From positions 1-30,642 of IMG/VR virus record IMGVR_UViG_3300030090_000464: a stretch of 30,642 bases of DNA. One strand, 5' to 3'. Under the pieces are notes generated by a model, which was not told where the DNA came from, made no database searches, and worked only from the letters and a program-made list of their open reading frames with translations. A program made the translations under genes and the position numbers. Shown in pieces: positions 25,753 to 30,642 of the stretch (position 1 is the first letter of the stretch; each line of letters opens with the position of its first letter). Origin of the DNA: a virus. Taxonomy: Duplodnaviria; Caudoviricetes.

Positions 25753-27408
25753 CTAAAAAGGTATATCATCAAATTCTAAATCACCATTATCTGTTTCATG
25801 TTGTACTTCACTGAGTCTTCCAGTATCAACATCATAAAATAATGAGCAAGCTAAACCTACATCGCCTGTGTATCTAGATTTAAGAACACGTAGCTTAGTA
25901 GTATTAGATTCAATAGGATCATCTGCTTGCTGATTACGCTCCAAAGCAATGACACAATCACTTATTTGCGCTATTGATTGACTGCCTCTCAGATGGCTCA
26001 GATTCACTTCTACGCCATTTTCATGACCTTCATTACCTGCTACCCGTCTAAGGTGTGATACAAGCATTAGACCGACTCCTGTTTCCTCTACGAGGCTCCT
26101 TAGCTCTGTCATGATGTTATCAATAGCTCTTCTCTCATCTCCGTCTGACAATGCAGATACTAGCATGTGTAAGTGATCGACTACTACCCATTTACATTCA
26201 CAGCCTACAATAATATATCTTAGTTTAGAAAATACTTCATCTATATCATTCATACCAAAGTGTGCATGTATATATACTTTATCTTCATCTGTCATCTTCT
26301 TGAATAGACCGTCAAGAGTATCTTCATCGTATTTGTTTCTGATCTCTTCAATATACAGTCTATCATTAGCTTCGATAGATACGATACCATCGACTGTACG
26401 CTTCCAATCTTCTTCAAGTGCAATAATACCTACACGATCTTTACTGTGTGTAATCAGCCAGTGTTCCAGCTCTCTTGTAATACTGGACTTACCTAATCCT
26501 GTACCACCTGTAAATGTTACAAGCTCTGACTTACGCATACCAAATAACTTTTCATTTAATCCTTGCCAAGGATATGGAATACTTTCTTTCTGACTACGAT
26601 CTTTCCATTCATCAAGCTTCTCAGATACACGGATAATACCAGAAGGTGTAAATGTTTTAGCTTGCCAGAAACAATCGACAAACTTCTTATGTTGATTAGC
26701 TTTCAACATATCATTAGCATCTTTATAACCTTCAGGAATATTCATAATCTTAGCTTTGTTAGGTCTGAATAAAGCTGCAACTTTATTGGCTGCTTCCTTT
26801 CCCGGCTTGTCATTATCAAAACATATTATTACATTATCAAAAGATTCTAAAAATTCTAAATTCTTTTTGATATCTCCTGATGCACTTTCTGCTCCATTCT
26901 TAATTGAAACTACAGGCCATCTGCTTCCTGTCATTTCATGAGCTGCCATTGCATCACATTCACCTTCAACTAACGTGACATACTTGCCACCTTTGCTGAA
27001 CACTTGTTGACCAAATAAATTTCCTTCTTGAATACTCCCTTGGCTTTTAAATCCTTTACCTTCAATGGTTCTTATTTTATAAGCAACAAGATCTTTATCA
27101 TTGTAGTAAGGATAATAATGTTTAGCAATATTTCCATCATGATCATAAGTTACACGTACACCATACTTAGATGCTGTTTCTTCTGATATACCTCTATCAG
27201 TCAACGCACCTACTACACCTACATAATCATCACTAGAAAAATATACTACATTAGAACTTTCTTTCTTAACTGTGTCCTGAACAGGACTATCAAAATCTGG
27301 CATGAATTCTCCACAACTAAAACATTTTGCTGATCCGTCATCATTAATACTAACAGCATCACTACTGTTACACAATGGACAAGCTACATGATATTTAACA
27401 AACGTCAT
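25753..27408 (-). CDS. DNA primase-helicase (T7 gp4-like)
   Basis: Zn finger CPLC...CFSC; TOPRIM VEGECD and CFDND; Walker A GGTGLGKS; VVVDHL, LVSHL, LRGSQSIAQISD and LKSRYTG; acidic tail DDIPF. Confidence 0.97.
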   Translation of the reverse strand: MTFVKYHVACPLCNSSDAVSINDDGSAKCFSCGEFMPDFDSPVQDTVKKESSNVVYFSSDDYVGVVGALTDRGISEETASKYGVRVTYDHDGNIAKHYYPYYNDKDLVAYKIRTIEGKGFKSQGSIQEGNLFGQQVFSKGGKYVTLVEGECDAMAAHEMTGSRWPVVSIKNGAESASGDIKKNLEFLESFDNVIICFDNDKPGKEAANKVAALFRPNKAKIMNIPEGYKDANDMLKANQHKKFVDCFWQAKTFTPSGIIRVSEKLDEWKDRSQKESIPYPWQGLNEKLFGMRKSELVTFTGGTGLGKSSITRELEHWLITHSKDRVGIIALEEDWKRTVDGIVSIEANDRLYIEEIRNKYDEDTLDGLFKKMTDEDKVYIHAHFGMNDIDEVFSKLRYIIVGCECKWVVVDHLHMLVSALSDGDERRAIDNIMTELRSLVEETGVGLMLVSHLRRVAGNEGHENGVEVNLSHLRGSQSIAQISDCVIALERNQQADDPIESNTTKLRVLKSRYTGDVGLACSLFYDVDTGRLSEVQHETDNGDLEFDDIPF

Positions 27409-27436
27409 CTAAACTCCTAATTTATTTATAAAGGAA

Positions 27437-27470
27437 TGGGGAAGCCCCACATTGCGTAGGGGCTTCACCA
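27437..27470 (-). terminator. GC-rich intergenic stem-loop (terminator or processing site)
   Basis: Minus strand TGGTGAAGCCCC-TACGCAATGT-GGGGCTTCCCCA followed by TTCCTTT; arms 27441-27448 and 27459-27466. Confidence 0.55.
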
Positions 27471-27479
27471 GTACGACAT

Positions 27480-27752
27480 CTATTCTGCTTTCACCTCCTC
27501 TTCTTCAACTTCAGTAAACTCAGCTCCAACAATAGCCTCTTCAGTTAGCCCTGCTTTTATTACATTATTATAATGAGCTTGCGCTGCTTTATAATGATTA
27601 GTAGTAATCTCAGCTTGACGTAACTCATTCTGTTGTAGCTGTGCCAGCAACATAAAAGCTTGTTGAGCTTCCGGGGTTAGTTTAGATACATCGTAATCTG
27701 TTTCCTCATTACGATATACAGCTTTAGGTGCTTGTTGTTCTACTTCACTCAT
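27480..27752 (-). CDS. Hypothetical protein, DUF6447-like
   Basis: YDVSKLTPEAQ followed by a coiled coil; TAATG-coupled to the SSB-like gene. Confidence 0.65.
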   Translation of the reverse strand: MSEVEQQAPKAVYRNEETDYDVSKLTPEAQQAFMLLAQLQQNELRQAEITTNHYKAAQAHYNNVIKAGLTEEAIVGAEFTEVEEEEVKAE

Positions 27753-28177
27753 TAGAACTCATCTCCATCATCAAGACCAAACTCTGCTCCATCAGATGAT
27801 CTATCACCATAAGGTACTAAATCTAAAACTTGCATAGCTTGAAAATCTAAACCTTTGAAATCTCCAAACTGATTAGATGTTTCCCATTCATGATATTGGA
27901 CTTTAACTTTAGAACCATTTCCAACAAGATCGGTAATAGGTTGTTTATTAGAATCCACTAACTTAGGTGCAGGTCGTTCCTTGCCATTCTTATCTTTAGC
28001 TTTACGCTTGATAACAATACTAGGCCCTTCATCCATCTGTTTAATCTTATGACCTTTCTTTGCAAACTCTTTTGCAACATCATCATCCACCAATAGATTG
28101 ACAGAATAGACAGGTTCAAATTTAGTATTAGGTGTGGTTACTGAAGCCCAATAAGCTAAACCTTCAACTAGTGCCAT
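27752..28177 (-). CDS. Single-stranded DNA-binding protein, T7 gp2.5-like
   Basis: YWASVTTPNTKF, VGNGSKVKV, AMQVLDLVPY and an acidic tail ending in Phe (DDGDEF); SD AAGGAG. Confidence 0.8.
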   Translation of the reverse strand: MALVEGLAYWASVTTPNTKFEPVYSVNLLVDDDVAKEFAKKGHKIKQMDEGPSIVIKRKAKDKNGKERPAPKLVDSNKQPITDLVGNGSKVKVQYHEWETSNQFGDFKGLDFQAMQVLDLVPYGDRSSDGAEFGLDDGDEF

Positions 28178-28209
28178 ATATTTTCTCCTTAATTAAAGTT
28201 GGCTAGACA

Positions 28210-28238
28210 AGACTATACAAACTGTACAGCCTTGTCAA
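28210..28238 (-). promoter_or_regulatory. Sigma70-type promoter upstream of the SSB/primase/polymerase operon
   Basis: Minus strand TTGACA (28238-28233), 17-bp spacer, TAGTCT (28215-28210), with an A-rich region upstream. Confidence 0.65.
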
Positions 28239-28247
28239 GTGTTTTAT

Positions 28248-29231
28248 TTAAGCTGCTAACTTAAATACTGGATTATGAGTGACTAACTTCCTAACATCTT
28301 CCATCTTAGTAGCACGTAGATGATGTACGCTGTTATCTTTCTTAGTTGTAAGATGATTGCTAGTCCAATCAGTCATTGTATTATATAAAGCCCATAGATT
28401 ACTACCTAATGAAGGTCTGTATTCATGGATATATAAATTCCATAGAGTACTAAGAGGACTGTTGGCTCTTGTTGAACCATCTTGATTCTTAGTAGCTACA
28501 TCAAGAGTCTCAGCAATACTTTGCCTACTTGAATGTATATCATCTAATTGACTAATAGCATGGTTATTCCTAGACAAAGTAGCAATAGCTTGAAATGCCT
28601 CTTTATCTGTTACTGGAGTATCAATCCATCTAGTCCATTTATCTGACTCGTCTAAGAAAACTTCCAAGCAATTCATTACCTGCATAGCTCCCTTATCATA
28701 GTTAATATTTTTAGTATGACGTTGCTTAGATACTGCAACTGTTGTACCAAATACACATAAATTTGTGCATATCATTCTCCATGCACCACCCTCAAATACT
28801 GTAGGCCATGTACCATCAAAGCTATTCCTACCTAATATTTCCAAGCTTACATCACCAGTACCACCTACATTAATAGTATGAGCAGGAAATTTATAATTTA
28901 CAAATGCTCTGCCTCCACCATCTGATACATTTATTGTTCTTGTCATACCTTCCAAGTTCAATCTAGATTTAATAATATTCTCTTCAATCTTTTCAAACTG
29001 TTTTGCATGAGACAATGGATTAGAATACTTATTACCTACAGTAGATATATACTCTCCTGTATTACCGTTCAACAACACCTTTCTATTTGGTATATAACAA
29101 GTCTCACCATTTAGTTTATAAGATGCGCCTACTTCTTGAACATCAAAGTCAACATCAGTACCCATGTATCCAAGGTCTGCAAATGCTAATCTTCTCTGTT
29201 CCTCTCGGGAATTGAATGAAACTAAATTCAT
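28248..29231 (-). CDS. DUF932/DUF945-like protein
   Basis: NSFDGT, RMICTN, KQRHT and LWALYNTMT motifs; SD GGAG. Confidence 0.8.
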   Translation of the reverse strand: MNLVSFNSREEQRRLAFADLGYMGTDVDFDVQEVGASYKLNGETCYIPNRKVLLNGNTGEYISTVGNKYSNPLSHAKQFEKIEENIIKSRLNLEGMTRTINVSDGGGRAFVNYKFPAHTINVGGTGDVSLEILGRNSFDGTWPTVFEGGAWRMICTNLCVFGTTVAVSKQRHTKNINYDKGAMQVMNCLEVFLDESDKWTRWIDTPVTDKEAFQAIATLSRNNHAISQLDDIHSSRQSIAETLDVATKNQDGSTRANSPLSTLWNLYIHEYRPSLGSNLWALYNTMTDWTSNHLTTKKDNSVHHLRATKMEDVRKLVTHNPVFKLAA

Positions 29232-29258
29232 TAATTTTCTCCATTTATTTTATTGAAA

Positions 29259-29298
29259 GTTGTGTGGAAACCCACATCAAGAGGGGTTCCACAACAAC
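29259..29298 (-). terminator. Intergenic stem-loop related to the one at 27437-27470
   Basis: Minus strand GTTGTTGTGGAACCCC-TCTTGATGT-GGGTTTCCACACAAC followed by TTT. Confidence 0.5.
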
Positions 29299-29303
29299 GA
29301 GGG

Positions 29304-29540
29304 TTACTGAATAACATATGTAAATTTATCCAGCTTTTCACTACGCTTGATCCTAGCCATCAACATTTGTGCAGCTAAGTCTTGCTCAGTAGTAAACTTT
29401 TTCTTGTTTAATCTTGCTTTAAGATGGGAAGAACTACCTAAACCTAATGCTCTAGCTAACGCTCTCCAACCTTGATCATTAGGATTAGATTGATCTTTTA
29501 ACTTATCAGCTAACCATACTAATTTATCTTTGTATTCCAT
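29304..29540 (-). CDS. Hypothetical protein, possible helix-turn-helix
   Basis: WRALARALGLGSSSHLKARL resembles an HTH; weak evidence for function. Confidence 0.6.
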   Translation of the reverse strand: MEYKDKLVWLADKLKDQSNPNDQGWRALARALGLGSSSHLKARLNKKKFTTEQDLAAQMLMARIKRSEKLDKFTYVIQ

Positions 29541-29549
29541 ATGACTAGC

Positions 29550-29831
29550 CTATAAAGGATTTATTTGATAGTTGTAAGCCCAATGATTATCATGAAAATT
29601 AACAACATATTCTTCTTGATTGGCATGAAAATCTTTCCAGCTTATTTTATTTATATATTTATTAGTGCCTTCATCTTCAAATTTTTGAATTGAAGTTACT
29701 TTTGCTACTCTAGGTGGCTCTGTTCCCCAAGCACCTTTATGAATAACATCATCATTTACTTCAAGATATTCTTTATGACCATCTTTAAGTATACTCATTA
29801 AGTTACTTAACTCAGTTTCAAATTCTAACAT
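29550..29831 (-). CDS. Hypothetical protein
   Basis: ORF track; AAGGA upstream; GAWG...WAY motif. Confidence 0.7.
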   Translation of the reverse strand: MLEFETELSNLMSILKDGHKEYLEVNDDVIHKGAWGTEPPRVAKVTSIQKFEDEGTNKYINKISWKDFHANQEEYVVNFHDNHWAYNYQINPL

Positions 29832-29859
29832 TTAAATTTCCTTATGGTTTATAATTAAA

Positions 29860-29907
29860 ATGCTTATTGATCATAGCAGTTAATAGCAATTTCCGTTCAA
29901 TAAGCAT
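29860..29907 (-). promoter_or_regulatory. 11-bp perfect inverted repeat with 26-nt loop
   Basis: ATGCTTATTGA (29860-29870) and TCAATAAGCAT (29897-29907), intergenic. Confidence 0.6.
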
Positions 29908-29927
29908 CCTAAACTTAATAGATTATA

Positions 29928-30140
29928 TCACGATAAAAGATTTTGTAAAGTCCCCGGTATATCTTTTTGTAAATTTCTTACAACTTCTTGACTTTCAATC
30001 TCCATTCTTGCATGAGTAGCACAATAATAATTTAACTGTCCTGTAAATTCTCCAGTTAAATATACTGATACTTTCCTTGAACAATTAGATACAGAACATT
30101 TAAGTTCATGTTCTATTTTATCTCTAAGTTTCATCTTCAA
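29928..30140 (-). CDS. Small putative Zn-binding protein
   Basis: C-x4-C (CSVSNC) ... C-x2-H (YCATH). Confidence 0.65.
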   Translation of the reverse strand: MKMKLRDKIEHELKCSVSNCSRKVSVYLTGEFTGQLNYYCATHARMEIESQEVVRNLQKDIPGTLQNLLS

Positions 30141-30145
30141 TATCC

Positions 30146-30451
30146 TTAATCTATTTGCCTTTCTAAAATTTCTGATTCAAAATCATTTAATATTTCTAAT
30201 ATTTCTGACATATGTTTTAAAGAAACATCACAATAAGAACAATCAATAAGTTCTGTACTGAATCCTTTAAAATCAAAAATTTCAGAAGGTGAAGTAAACA
30301 AAACTACTCCATCATCTCCATCAAAGTAAAGAACACTACATTTATAAGGTTCTGAATGAACAATAAAATATGGATCAACAAGACCATATCTATGTTCGTT
30401 ATATTCATCTTCACTAAGATCAAATTCATTATAGATTTTATTTGATTCCAT
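30146..30451 (-). CDS. Acidic hypothetical protein (start re-called to 30451)
   Basis: GAGGA upstream of MESNKIY; the longer start lies deep inside the upstream ORF. Confidence 0.6.
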   Translation of the reverse strand: MESNKIYNEFDLSEDEYNEHRYGLVDPYFIVHSEPYKCSVLYFDGDDGVVLFTSPSEIFDFKGFSTELIDCSYCDVSLKHMSEILEILNDFESEILERQID

Positions 30452-30641
30452 CTTCAAAATCCTCAAACAATTCTTCAGGTGTAGGAAATTCAAAGTCTAC
30501 AGTTCTTCCTTTTACTATTGATCTGTTACCATCATGAATTAAAACTGGCTCCATAAACTTTCCATTAGGATCTTCTTCCTTTTCATCTGCAAAGATAGGA
30601 TGTGTAATAGTATTTTGTCTGATAGATTTAGTCCAAGCTTT
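30438..30641 (-). CDS. 3' end of a hypothetical protein truncated by the window edge
   Basis: Open frame KAWTKSIRQNTITHPIF...FEFPTPEELFEDFEDGIK ending in TAA at 30440-30438. Confidence 0.6.
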   Translation of the reverse strand, partial: KAWTKSIRQNTITHPIFADEKEEDPNGKFMEPVLIHDGNRSIVKGRTVDFEFPTPEELFEDFEDGIK

Positions 30642-30642
30642 G

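Noticed and set aside
18364-26941. Plus-strand ORFs in the - arm (e.g. 18364, 19604, 21095, 22712, 24305, 24541, 24641, 25233, 26300, 26563, 26756)
   Set aside because: Antisense to conserved replication genes, with no independent coding signal.
17561-27408. Inteins or introns in RNR, polymerase or helicase
   Set aside because: Protein lengths are ordinary, catalytic motifs are contiguous, and no splice-junction or LAGLIDADG signature was seen.
1-30642. tRNA genes, integrase/att sites or alternative genetic code
   Set aside because: Intergenic gaps are short with no cloverleaf seen, no recombinase ORF is present, and genes tile densely under the standard code using TAA, TAG and TGA stops.

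Overview
AT-rich fragment of a lytic, podovirus-like dsDNA phage, probably marine. It has two convergent gene arms whose stop codons meet in a shared TTAA at 17352-17355. The + arm (1-17355) carries small membrane proteins, large internal-virion/ejection-type proteins (one of 2137 aa with a polyvalent-like C-terminal half), an M15 peptidase endolysin, a holin and a cluster of very basic small proteins. The - arm (17352-30642) is a T7-like replication module: class Ia ribonucleotide reductase (nrdA, nrdB), DUF3310-like protein, endonuclease I, PD-(D/E)xK nucleases, family A DNA polymerase (Tyr in motif B), primase-helicase, SSB-like and DUF932-like proteins. No RNA polymerase, terminase, portal, capsid or integrase gene was recognised in the window. 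The main find is a candidate glutamine-sensing cassette at 16674-17155. A glnA-type (glutamine-I) riboswitch precedes a DUF4278-like YRG peptide. Overlapping that gene in the +1 frame is a 27-aa Gln-rich ORF (MQQQQQ...) with its own Shine-Dalgarno, coupled by TAATG to the next gene. Also notable are apparent avoidance of CCWGG and GGWCC, a shared R-x-x-[FY]-x-x-G-[GS] motif in late proteins, and related intergenic hairpins in the replication arm. All family assignments come from motif recognition, not database searches.
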